Below, piece by piece: positions 39,751 to 52,420 of a stretch of DNA of 64,000 nucleotides. The stretch lies in NCBI GenBank assembly GCA_964016885.1, contig OZ024740.1:14756001-14820000 (forward strand), given 5' to 3'. This DNA is from Eledone cirrhosa (Eukaryota). Position 1 is the stretch's first letter; every line of letters starts with the position of its first letter. The notes beneath the pieces are model-generated. The model saw nothing but the letters and a program-made list of their open reading frames with translations. It was not told the origin of the DNA and searched no databases. The position numbers were made by a program, and so were the translations under genes.

Positions 39751-42700
39751 TCGAATAAAAGGAATCAAAGCCAGAATATGGAAAGTCCTCAATTGAAAGG
39801 AATCAAAGCCAGAATATGGAAAGTCCTCAAATGAAAGGAATCAAAGCCAGAATATGGAAAGTCCTCAAATGAAAGGAATCAAAGCCAGAATATGGAAAGT
39901 CCTCGAATGAAAGGAACCAAAGCCAGAATATGGAAAGTCCTCGAATGAAAGGAATCAAAGCCAGAATATGGAAAGTCCTCGAATGAAAGGAATCAAAGCC
40001 AGAATATGGAAAGTCCTCAAATGAAAGGAATCAAAGCCAGAATATGGAAAGTCCTCAAATGAAAGGAATCAAAGCCAGAATATGGAAAGTCCTCAAATGA
40101 AAGGAATCAAAGCCAGAATATGGAAAGTCCTCAAATGAAAGGAATCAAAGGCAGAATATGGAAAGTCCTCGAATGAAAGGAATCAAAGCCAGAATATGGA
40201 AAGTCCTCGAATGAGAGGAATCAAAGCCAGAATATGGAAAGTCCTCGAATGAGAGGAATCAAAGCCAGAATATGGAAAGTCCTCGAATGAGAGGAATCAA
40301 AGCCAGAATATGGAAAGTCCTCAAATGAAAGGAATCAAAGCCAGAATATGGAAACTCCTCGAATGAAAGGAATCAAAGCCAGAATATGGAAAGTCCTCGA
40401 ATGAGAGGAATCAAAGCCAGAATATGGAAAGTCCTCGAATGAGGGGAATCAAAGCCAGAATATGGAAAGTCCTCGAATGAAAGGAATCAAAGCCAGAATA
40501 TGGAAAGTCCTCGAATGAAAGAAATCAAAGCCAGAATATGGAAAGTCCTCGAATGAAAGGAATCAAAGCCAGAATATGGAAGGTCCTCAAATGAAAGGAA
40601 TCAAAGCCAGAATATGGAAAGTCCTCGAATGAAAGGAATCAAACCCAGAATATGGAAAGTCCTCAAATGAAAGGAATCAAAGCCAGAATATGGAAAGTCC
40701 TCGAATGAAAGGAAACAAAGCCAGAATATGGAAAGTCCTCAAATGAAAGGAATCAAAGCCAGAATATGGAAAGTCCTCGAATGAAAGGAATCAAAGCCAG
40801 AATATGGAAAGTCCTCGAATGAAAGGAATCAAAGCCAGAATATGGAAAGTCCTCAAATGAAAGGAATCAAAGCCAGAATATGGAAAGTCCTCAAATGAAA
40901 GGAATCAAAGCCAGAATATGGAAAGTCCTCGAATGAAAGGAATCAAAGCCAGAATATGGAAAGTCCTCAATTGAAAGGAATCAAAGCCAGAATATGGAAA
41001 GTCCTCAAATGAAAGGAATCAAAGCCAGAATATGGAAAGTCCTCAAATGAAAGGAATCAAAGCCAGAATATGGAAAGTCCTCAAATGAAAGGAATCAAAG
41101 CCAGAATATGGAAAGTCCTCAAATGAAAGGAATCAAAGCCAGAATATGGAAAGTCCTGGAATGAAAGGAATCAAAGCCAGAATATGGAAAGTCCTCGAAT
41201 GAAAGGAATCAAAGCCAGAATATGGAAAGTCCTGGAATGAAAGGAATCAAAGCCAGAATATGGAAAGTCCTCGAATAAAAGGAATCAAAGCCAGAATATG
41301 GAAAGTCCTCGAATGAAAGGAATCAAAGCCAGAATATGGAAAGTCCTCAAATGAAAGGAATCAAAGCCAGAATATGGAAAGTCCTGGAATGAAAGGAATC
41401 AAAGCCAGAATATGGAAAGTCCTCAAATGAAAGGAATCAAAGCCAGAATATGGAAAGTCCTCAAATGAAAGGAATCAAAGCCAGAATATGGAAAGTCCTC
41501 AAATGAAAGGAATCAAAGCCAGAATATGGAAAGTCCTCGAATGAAAGGAACCAAAGCCAGAATATGGAAAGTCCTCAAATGAAAGGAATCAAAGCCAGAA
41601 TATGGAAAGTCCTCAAATGAAAGGAATCAAAGCCAGAATATGGAAAGTCCTCAAATGAAAGGAATCAAAGCCAGAATATGGAAAGTCCTCAAATGAAAGG
41701 AATCAAAGCCAGAATATGGAAAGTCCTCGAATAAAAGGAATCAAAGCCAGAATATGGAAAGTCCTCAATTGAAAGGAATCAAAGCCAGAATATGGAAAGT
41801 CCTCAAATCAAAGGAATCAAAGCCAGAATATGGAAAGCCCTCAAATGAAAGGAATCAAAGCCAGAATATGGAAAGTCCTCGAATGAAAGGAACCAAAGCC
41901 AGAATATGGAAAGTCCTCGAATGAAAGGAATCAAAGCCAGAATATGGAAAGTCCTCAAATGAAAGGAATCAAAGCAAGAATATGGAAAGTCCTCAAATGA
42001 AAGGAATCAAAGCCAGAATATGGAAAGTCCTCAAATGAAAGGAATCAAAGCCAGAATATGGAAAGTCCTCAAATGAAAGGAATCAAAGCCAGAATATGGA
42101 AAGTCCTCAAATGAAAGGAATCAAAGCCAGAATATGGAAAGTCCTGGAATGAAAGGAATCAAAGCCAGAATATGGAAAGTCCTGGAATGAAAGGAATCAA
42201 AGCCAGAATATGGAAAGTCCTGGAATGAAAGGAATCAAAGCCAGAATATGGAAAGTCCTCGAATGAAAGGAATCAAAGCCAGAATATGGAAAGTCCTCGA
42301 ATGAAAGGAATCAAAGCCTGAATATGGAAAGTCCTCAAATGAAAGGAATCAAAGCCAGAATATGGAAAGTCCTCGAATGAAAGGAATCAAAGCCAGAATA
42401 TGGAAAGTCCTCAAATGAAAGGAATCAAAGCCAGAATATGGAAAGTCCTCAAATGAAAGGAATCAAAGCCAGAATATGGAAAGTCCTCGAATGAAAGGAA
42501 CCAAAGCCAGAATATGGAAAGTCCTCAAATGAAAGGAATCAAAGCCAGAATATGGAAAGTCCTCGAATGAAAGGAATCAAAGCCAGAATATGGAAAGTCC
42601 TCGAATGAAAGGAATCAAAGCCAGAATATGGAAAGTCCTCGAATGAGAGGAATCAAAGCCAGAATATGGAAAGTCCTCGAATGAGAGGAATCAAAGCCAG

Positions 42701-43120
42701 AATATCGAAAGTCCTCAAATGAGAGGAATCAAAGCCAGAATATGGAAAGTCCTCAAATGAAAGGAATCAAAGCCAGAATATGGAAAGTCCTCGAATGAGA
42801 GGAATCAAAGCCAGAATATGGAAAGTCCTCGAATGAGGGGAATCAAAGCCAGAATATGGAAAGTCCTCGAATGAGAGGAATCAAAGCCAGAATATGGAAA
42901 GTCCTCGAATGAGGGGAATCAAAGCCAGAATATAGAAAGTCCTCGAATGAAAGGAATCAAAGCCAGAATATGGAAGGTCCTCAAATGAAAGGAATCAAAG
43001 CCAGAATATGGAAAGTCCTCGAATGAAAGGAATCAAACCCAGAATATGGAAAGTCCTCAAATGAAAGGAATCAAAGCCAGAATATGGAAAGTCCTCGAAT
43101 GAAAGGAATCAAAGCCAGAA
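38960..43120 (+). repeat. ~4.2-kb block, copy 2 of 26420-30580
   Basis: Same markers as copy 1 at offset 12540. Confidence 0.9.
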
Positions 43121-43809
43121 TATGGAAAGTCCTCGAATGAAAGGAATCAAAGCCAGAATATGGAAAGTCCTCGAATGAAAGGAATCAAAGCCAGAATATG
43201 GAAAGTCCTCGAATGAAAGGAATCAAAGCCAGAATATGGAAAGTCCTCGAATGAAAGGAATCAAAGCCAGAATATGGAAAGTCCTCAAATGAAAGGAATC
43301 AAAGCCAGAATATGGAAAGTCCTCGAATAAAAGGAATCAAAGCCAGAATATGGAAAATCCTCAATTGAAAGGAATCAAAGCCAGAATATGGAAAGTCCTC
43401 AAATGAAAGGAATCAAAGCCAGAATATGGAAAGTCCTCAAATGAAAGGAATCAAAGCCAGAATATGGAAAGTCCTCGAATGAAAGGAACCAAAGCCAGAA
43501 TATGGAAAGTCCTCGAATGAAAGGAATCAAAGCCAGAATATGGAAAGTCCTCGAATGAAAGGAATCAAAGCCAGAATATGGAAAGTCCTCGAATGAAAGG
43601 AATCAAAGCCAGAATATGGAAAGTCCTCGAATGAAAGGAATCAAAGCCAGAATATGGAAAGTCCTCAAATGAAAGGATTCAAAGCCAGAATATGGAAAGT
43701 CCTCAAATGAAAGGAATCAAAGCCAGAATATGGAAAGTCCTCAAATGAAAGGAATCAAAGCCAGAATATGGAAAGTCCTGGAATGAAAGGAATCAAAGCC
43801 AGAATATGG

Positions 43810-46800
43810 AAAGTCCTCGAATGAATGGATTCAAAGCCTGAATATGGAAGGTCCTCAAATGAAAGGAATCAAAGCCAGAATATGGAAAGTCCTCGAATGA
43901 AAGGAATCAAACCCAGAATATGGAAAGTCCTCAAATGAAAGGAATCAAAGTCAGAATATGGAAAGTCCTCGAATGAAAGGAATCAAAGCCAGAATATGGA
44001 AAGTCCTCAAATGAAAGGAATCAAAGCCAGAATATGGAAAGTCCTCGAATGAAAGGAATCAAAACCAGAATATGGAAAGTCCTCGAATGAAAGGAATCAA
44101 AGCCAGAATATGGAAAGTCCTCGAATGAAAGGAATCAAAGCCAGAATATGGAAAGTCCTCAAATGAAAGGAATCAAATCCAGAATATGGAAAGTCCTCGA
44201 ATAAAAGGAATCAAAGCCAGAATATGGAAAGTCCTCAATTGAAAGGAATCAAAGCCAGAATATGGAAAGTCCTCAAATGAAAGGAATCAAAGCCAGAATA
44301 TGGAAAGTCCTCAAATGAAAGGAATCAAAGCCAGAATATGGAAAGTCCTCGAATGAAAGGAACCAAAGCCAGAATATGGAAAGTCCTCGAATGAAAGGAA
44401 TCAAAGCCAGAATATGGAAAGTCCTCGAATGAAAGGAATCAAAGCCAGAATATGGAAAGTCCTCAAATGAAAGGAATCAAAGCCAGAATATGGAAAGTCC
44501 TCAAATGAAAGGAATCAAAGCCAGAATATGGAAAGTCCTCAAATGAAAGGAATCAAAGCCAGAATATGGAAAGTCCTCAAATGAAAGGAATCAAAGCCAG
44601 AATATGGAAAGTCCTCAAATGAAAGGAATCAAAGCCAGAATATGGAAAGTCCTGGAATGAAAGGAATCAAAGCCAGAATATGGAAAGTCCTCGAATGAAA
44701 GGAATCAAAGCCAGAATATGGAAAGTCCTGGAATGAAAGGAATCAAAGCCAGAATATGGAAAGTCCTCGAATGAAAGGAATCAAAGCCAGAATATGGAAA
44801 GTCCTCGAATGAAAGGAATCAAAGCCAGAATATGGAAAGTCCTCAAATGAAAGGAATCAAAGCCAGAATATGGAAAGTCCTGGAATGAAAGGAATCAAAG
44901 CCAGAATATGGAAAGTCCTCAAATGAAAGGAATCAAAGCCAGAATATGGAAAGTCCTCAAATGAAAGGAATCAAAGCCAGAATATAGAAAGTCCTCAAAT
45001 GAAAGGAATCAAAGCCAGAATATGGAAAGTCCTCGAATGAAAGGAACCAAAGCCAGAATATGGAAAGTCCTCAAATGAAAGGAATGAAAGCCAGAATATG
45101 GAAAGTCCTCAAATGAAAGGAATCAAAGCCAGAATATGGAAAGTTCTCAAATGAAAGGAATCAAAGCCAGAATATGGAAAGTCCTCAAATGAAAGGAATC
45201 AAAGCCAGAATATCGAAAGTCCTCGAATAAAAGGAATCAAAGCCAGAATATGGAAAGTCCTCAATTGAAAGGAATCAAAGCCAGAATATGGAAAGTCCTC
45301 AAATCAAAGGAATCAAAGCCAGAATATGGAAAGTCCTCAGATGAAAGGAATCAAAGCCAGAATATGGAAAGTCCTCGAATGAAAGGAACCAAAGCCAGAA
45401 TATGGAAAGTCCTCGAATGAAAGGAATCAAAGCCAGAATATGGAAAGTCCTCGAATGAAAGGAATCAAAGCCAGAATATGGAAAGTCCTCAAATGAAAGG
45501 AATCAAAGCCAGAATATGGAAAGTCCTCAACTGAAAGGAATCAAAGCCAGAATATTGAAAGTCCTCAAATGAAAGGAATCAAAGCCAGAATATGGAAAGT
45601 CCTCAAATGAAAGGAATCAAAGCCAGAATATGGTAAGTCCTCAAATGAAAGGAATCAAAGCCAGAATATGGAAAGTCCTGGAATGAAAGGAATCAAAGCC
45701 AGAATATGGAAAGTCCTCAAATGAAAGCAATCAAAGCCAGAATATGGAAAGTCCTGGAATGAAAGGAATCAAAGCCAGAATATGGAAAGTCCTCAAATGA
45801 GAGGAATCAAAGCTAGAATATGGAACGTCCTCAAATGAAAGGAATCAAAGCCAGAATATGGAAACTCCTCGAATGAAAGGAAACAAAGCCAGAATATGGA
45901 AAGTCCTCGAATGAAAGGAATCAAAGCCAGAATATGGAAAGTCCTCGAATGAGAGGAATCAAAGCCAGAATATGGAAAGTCCTCGAATGAGGGGAATCAA
46001 AGCCAGAATATGGAAAGTCCTCGAATGAAAGGAATCAAAGCCAGAATATGGAAGTTCCTCAAATGAAAGGAATCAAAGCCAGAATATGGAAAGTCCTCGA
46101 ATGAAAGGAATCAAACCCAGAATATGGAAAGTCCTCAAATGAAAGGAATCAAAGCCAGAATATGGAAAGTCCTCGAATGAAAGGAATCAAAGCCAGAATA
46201 TGGAAAGTCCTCAAATGAAAGGAATCAAAGCCAGAATATGGAAAGTCCTCGAATGAAAGGAATCAAAGCCAGAATATGGAAAGTCCTCGAATGAAAAGTA
46301 TCAAAGCCAGAATATGGAAAGTCCTCAAATGAAAGGAATCAAAGCCAGAATATGGAAAGTCCTCAAATGAGAGGAATCAAAGCCAGAATATGGAAAGTCC
46401 TCGAATAAAAGGAATCAAAGCCAGAATATGGAAAGTCCTCAATTGAAAGGAATCAAAGCCAGAATATGGAAAGTCCTCAAATGAAAGGAATCAAAGCCAG
46501 AATATGGAAAGTCCTCAAGTGAAAGGAATCAAAGCCAGAATATGGAAATTCCTCGAATGAAAGGAACCAAAGCCAGAATATGGAAAGTCCTCGAATGAAA
46601 GGAATCCAAGCCAGAATATGGAAAGTCCTCGAATGAAAGGAATCAAAGCCGAATATGGAAAGTCCTCGAATGAAAGGAATCAAAGCCAGAATATGGAAAG
46701 TCCTCAAATGAAAGGAATCAAAGCCAGAATATGGAAAGTCCTCGAAGGAAAGGAATCAAAGCCAGAATATGGAAAGTCCTGGAATGAAAGGAATCAAAGC

Positions 46801-46900
46801 CAGAATATGGAAAGTCCTCAAATGAAAGGAATCAACGCCAGAATATGGAAAGTCCTCAAATGAAAGGAATCAAAGCCAGAATATGGAAAGTCCTCAAATG
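43810..46900 (+). repeat. Long-range copy of ~4330-7380 (offset 39,480, then 39,518)
   Basis: ATGAATGGATTCAAAGCCTG (4341/43821), AATATAGAAA (5501/44981), GTTCTC, CTCAGATG, CAACTG, TGGTAAG and GAAGTTCC all show offset 39480 (=1039x38-2). ORFs 6959/46477 show offset 39518 (one more monomer). Confidence 0.92.
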
Positions 46901-49900
46901 AAAGGAATCAAAGCCAGAATATGGAAAGTCCTTGAATGAAAGGAACCAAAGCCAGAATATGGAAAGTCCTCGAATGAAAGGAATCAAAGCCAGAATATGG
47001 AAGGTCCTCGAATGAAAGGAATCAAAGCCAGAATATGGAAAGTCCTCAAATGAAAGGAATCAAAGCCAGAATATGGAAAGTCCTCAAATGAAAGGAATCA
47101 AAGCCAGAATATGGAAAGTCCTCGAAGGAAAGGAATCAAAGCCAGAATATGGAAAGTCCTGGAATGAAAGGAATCAAAGCCAGAATATGGAAAGTCCTCA
47201 AATGAAAGGAATCAAAGCCAGAATATGGAAAGACCTCAAATGAAAGGAATGAAAGCCAGAATATGGAAAGTCCTCAAATGAAAGGAATCAAAGCCAGAAT
47301 ATGGAAAGTCCTCAAATGAAAGGAATCAAAGCCAGAATATGGAAAGTCCTCGAATGAAAGGAATCAAAGCCAGAATATGGAAAGTCCTCGAATGAGAGGA
47401 ATCAAAGCCAGAATATGGAAAGTCCTCGAATGAGGGGAATCAAAGCCAGAATATGGAAAGTCCTCGAATGAAAGGAATCAAAGCCAGAATATGGAAAGTC
47501 CTCGATTGAAAGGAATCAAAGCCAGAATATGGAAAGTCCTCGAATGAAAGGAATCAAAGCCAGAATATGGAAAGTCCTCGAATGAAAGGAATCAAAGCGA
47601 GAATATGGAAAGCCCTCGAATGAAAGGAATCAAAGCCAGAATATGGAAAGCCCTCAACTGAAAGTAATCAAAGCCAGAATATGGAAAGTCCTCAAATGAA
47701 AGGAATCAAAGCCATAATATGGAAAGTCCTCAAATGAAAGGAATCAAAGCCAGAATATGGAAAGTCCTCAAATGAAAGGAATCAAAGCCAGAAAATGGAA
47801 AGTCCTCGAATAAAAGGAATCGAAGCCAGAATATGGAAAGTCCTCAATTCAAAGGAATCAAAGCCAGAATATGGAAAGTCCTCAAATGAAAGGAATCAAA
47901 GCCAGAATATGGAAAGTCCTCGAATGAGAGGAATCAAAGCCAGAATATGGAAAGTCCTCGAATGAGGGGAATCAAAGCCAGAATATGGAAAGTCCTCAAA
48001 TGAAAGGAATCAAAGCCAGAATATCGAAAGTCCTCGAATAAAAGGAATCAAAGCCAGAATATGGAAAGTCCTCAATTGAAAGGAATCAAAGCCAGAATAT
48101 GGAAAGTCCTCAAATCAAAGGAATCAAAGCCAGAATATGGAAAGTCCTCAGATGAAAGGAATCAAAGCCAGAATATGGAAAGTCCTCGAATGAAAGGAAC
48201 CAAAGCCAGAATATGGAAAGTCCTCGAATGAAAGGAATCAAAGCCAGAATATGGAAAGTCCTCGAATGAAAGGAATCAAAGCCAGAATATGGAAAGTCCT
48301 CAAATGAAAGGAATCAAAGCCAGAATATGGAAAGTCCTCAACTGAAAGGAATCAAAGCCAGAATATTGAAAGTCCTCAAATGAAAGGAATCAAAGCCAGA
48401 ATATGGAAAGTCCTCAAATGAAAGGAATCAAAGCCAGAATATGGTAAGTCCTCAAATGAAAGGAATCAAAGCCAGAATATGGAAAGTCCTGGAATGAAAG
48501 GAATCAAAGCCAGAATATGGAAAGTCCTCAAATGAAAGGAATCAAAGCCAGAATATGGAAAGTCCTGGAATGAAAGGAATCAAAGCCAGAATATGGAAAG
48601 TCCTCAAATGAGAGGAATCAAAGCTAGAATATGGAACGTCCTCAAATGAAAGGAATCAAAGCCAGAATATGGAAACTCCTCGAATGAAAGGAAACAAAGC
48701 CAGAATATGGAAAGTCCTCGAATGAAATGAATCAAAGCCAGAATATGGAAAGTCCTCGAATGAGAGGAATCAAAGCCAGAATATGGAAAGTCCTCGAATG
48801 AGGGGAATCAAAGCCAGAATATGGAAAGTCCTCGAATGAAAGGAATCAAAGCCAGAATATGGAAGTTCCTCAAATGAAAGGAATCAAAGCCAGAATATGG
48901 AAAGTCCTCGAATGAAAGGAATCAAACCCAGAATATGGAAAGTCCTCAAATGAAAGGAATCAAAGCCAGAATATGGAAAGTCCTCGAATGAAAGGAATCA
49001 AAGCCAGAATATGGAAAGTCCTCAAATGAAAGGAATCAAAGCCAGAATATGGAAAGTCCTCGAATGAAAGGAATCAAAGCCAGAATATGGAAAGTCCTCG
49101 AATGAAAAGTATCAAAGCCAGAATATGGAAAGTCCTCAAATGAAAGGAATCAAAGCCAGAATATGGAAAGTCCTCAAATGAGAGGAATCAAAGCCAGAAT
49201 ATGGAAAGTCCTCGAATAAAAGGAATCAAAGCCAGAATATGGAAAGTCCTCAATTGAAAGGAATCAAAGCCAGAATATGGAAAGTCCTCAAATGAAAGGA
49301 ATCAAAGCCAGAATATGGAAAGTCCTCAAATGAAAGGAATCAAAGCCAGAATATGGAAATTCCTCGAATGAAAGGAACCAAAGCCAGAATATGGAAAGTC
49401 CTCGAATGAAAGGAATCCAAGCCAGAATATGGAAAGTCCTCGAATGAAAGGAATCAAAGCCGAATATGGAAAGTCCTCGAATGAAAGGAATCAAAGCCAG
49501 AATATGGAAAGTCCTCAAATGAAAGGAATCAAAGCCAGAATATGGAAAGTCCTCGAAGGAAAGGAATCAAAGCCAGAATATGGAAAGTCCTGGAATGAAA
49601 GGAATCAAAGCCAGAATATGGAAAGTCCTCAAATGAAAGGAATCAACGCCAGAATATGGAAAGTCCTCAAATGAAAGGAATCAAAGCCAGAATATGGAAA
49701 GTCCTCAAATGAAAGGAATCAAAGCCAGAATATGGAAAGTCCTTGAATGAAAGGAACCAAAGCCAGAATATGGAAAGTCCTCGAATGAAAGGAATCAAAG
49801 CCAGAATATGGAAGGTCCTCGAATGAAAGGAATCAAAGCCAGAATATGGAAAGTCCTCAAATGAAAGGAATCAAGCCAGAATATGGAAAGTCCTCAAATG

Positions 49901-50810
49901 AAAGGAATCAAAGCCAGAATATGGAAAGTCCTCGAAGGAAAGGAATCAAAGCCAGAATATGGAAAGTCCTGGAATGAAAGGAATCAAAGCCAGAATATGG
50001 AAAGTCCTCAAATGAAAGGAATCAAAGCCAGAATATGGAAAGACCTCAAATGAAAGGAATGAAAGCCAGAATATGGAAAGTCCTCAAATGAAAGGAATCA
50101 AAGCCAGAATATGGAAAGTCCTCAAATGAAAGGAATCAAAGCCAGAATATGGAAAGTCCTCGAATGAAAGGAATCAAAGCCAGAATATGGAAAGTCCTCG
50201 AATGAGAGGAATCAAAGCCAGAATATGGAAAGTCCTCGAATGAGGGGAATCAAAGCCAGAATATGGAAAGTCCTCGAATGAAAGGAATCAAAGCCAGAAT
50301 ATGGAAAGTCCTCGATTGAAAGGAATCAAAGCCAGAATATGGAAAGTCCTCGAATGAAAGGAATCAAAGCCAGAATATGGAAAGTCCTCGAATGAAAGGA
50401 ATCAAAGCGAGAATATGGAAAGCCCTCGAATGAAAGGAATCAAAGCCAGAATATGGAAAGCCCTCAACTGAAAGTAATCAAAGCCAGAATATGGAAAGTC
50501 CTCAAATGAAAGGAATCAAAGCCATAATATGGAAAGTCCTCAAATGAAAGGAATCAAAGCCAGAATATGGAAAGTCCTCAAATGAAAGGAATCAAAGCCA
50601 GAAAATGAAAAGTCCTCGAATAAAAGGAATCAAAGCCAGAATATGGAAAGTCCTCAATTCAAAGGAATCAAAGCCAGAATATGGAAAGTCCTCAAATGAA
50701 AGGAATCAAAGCCAGAATATGGAAAGTCCTCGAATGAGAGGAATCAAAGCCAGAATATGGAAAGTCCTCGAATGAGGGGAATCAAAGCCAGAATATGGAA
50801 AGTCCTCGAA
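45190..50810 (+). repeat. Tandem duplication, 74-monomer (2811 bp) unit, 2 copies
   Basis: TATCG 45211/48022. GCTAGAATATGGAACG in both copies. ORFs 46477/49288 and 46618/49429. Shared 1-bp deletion 46650/49461. Confidence 0.93.
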
Positions 50811-51429
50811 TGAAAGGAATCAAAGCAAGAATATGGAAGGTCCTCAAATGAAAGGAATCAAAGCCAGAATATGGAAAGTCCTCGAATGAAAGGAATCAAA
50901 CCCAGAATATGGAAAGTCCTCAAATGAAAGGAATCCAAGCCACAATATGGAAAGTCCTCGAATGAAAGGAATCAAAGCCAGAATATGGAAAGTCCTCAAA
51001 TGAAAGGAATCAAAGCCAGAATATGGAAAGTCCTCGAATGAAAGGAATCAAAGCCAGAATATGGAAAGTCCTCAAATGAAAGGAATCAAAGCCAGAATAT
51101 GGAAAGTCCTCAAATGAAAGGAATCAAGGCCAGAATATGGAAAGTCCTCAAATGAAAGGAATCAAAGCCAGAATATGGAAAGTCCTCAAATGAAAGGAAT
51201 CAAAGCCAGAATATGGAAGGTCCTCAAATGAAAGGAATCAAAGCCAGAATATGGAAAGTCCTGGAATGAAAGGAATCAAAGCCAGAATATGGAAAGTCCA
51301 CGAATGAAAGGAATCAAAGCCAGAATATGGAAAGTCCTGGAATGAAAGGAATCAAAGCCAGAATATGGAAAGTCCTCGAATGAAAGGAATCAAAGCCAGA
51401 ATATGGAAAGTCCTCGAATGAAAGGAATC

Positions 51430-52420
51430 AAAGCCAGAATATGGAAAGTCCTCAAATGAAAGGAATCAAAGCCAGAATATGGAAAGTCCTGGAATGAAAG
51501 GAATCAAAGCCAGAATATGGAAAGTCCTCAAATGAAAGGAATCAAAGCCAGAATATGGAAAGTCCTCAAATGAAAGGAATCAAAGCCAGAATATGGAAAG
51601 TCCTCAAATGAAAGGAATCAAAGCCAGAATATGGAAAGTCCTCGAATGAAAGGAACCCAAGCCAGAATATGGAAAGTCCTCAAATGAAAGGAATCAAAGC
51701 CAGAATATGGAAAGTCCTCAAATGAAAGGAATCAAAGCCAGAATATGGAAAGTCCTCAAATGAAAGGAATCAAAGCCAGAATATGGAAAGTCCTCGAATA
51801 AAAGGAATCAAAGCCAGAATATGGAAAGTCCTCAATTGAAAGGAATCAAAGCCAAAATATGCAAAGTCCTCAAATCAAAGGAATCAAAGCCAGAATATGG
51901 AAAGTCCTCAAATAAAAGGAATCAAAGCCAGAATATGGAAAGTCCTCAAATGAAAGGAATCAAAGCCAGAATATGGAAAGTCCTGGAATGAAAGGAATCA
52001 AAGCCAGAATATGGAAAGTCCTCAAATGAAAGGAATCAAAGCCAGAATATGGAAAGTCCTCAAATGAAAGGAATCAAAGCCAGAATATGGAAAGTCCTCA
52101 AATGAAAGGAATCAAAGCCAGAATATGGAAAGTCCTCGAATGAAAGGAACCCAAGCCAGAATATGGAAAGTCCTCAAATGAAAGGAATCAAAGCCAGAAT
52201 ATGGAAAGTCCTCAAATGAAAGGAATCAAAGCCAGAATATGGAAAGTCCTCAAATGAAAGGAATCAAAGCCAGAATATGGAAAGTCCTCGAATAAAAGGA
52301 ATCAAAGCCAGAATATGGAAAGTCCTCAATTGAAAGGAATCAAAGCCAAAATATGCAAAGTCCTCAAATCAAAGGAATCAAAGCCAGAATATGGAAAGTC
52401 CTCAAATGAAAGGAATCAAA
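51430..52420 (+). repeat. Tandem duplication, 13-monomer (494 bp) unit
   Basis: ACCCAA occurs at 51655/52149 and GCCAAAATATGCAAAG at 51851/52345. The offset is 494 = 13x38. Confidence 0.88.
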
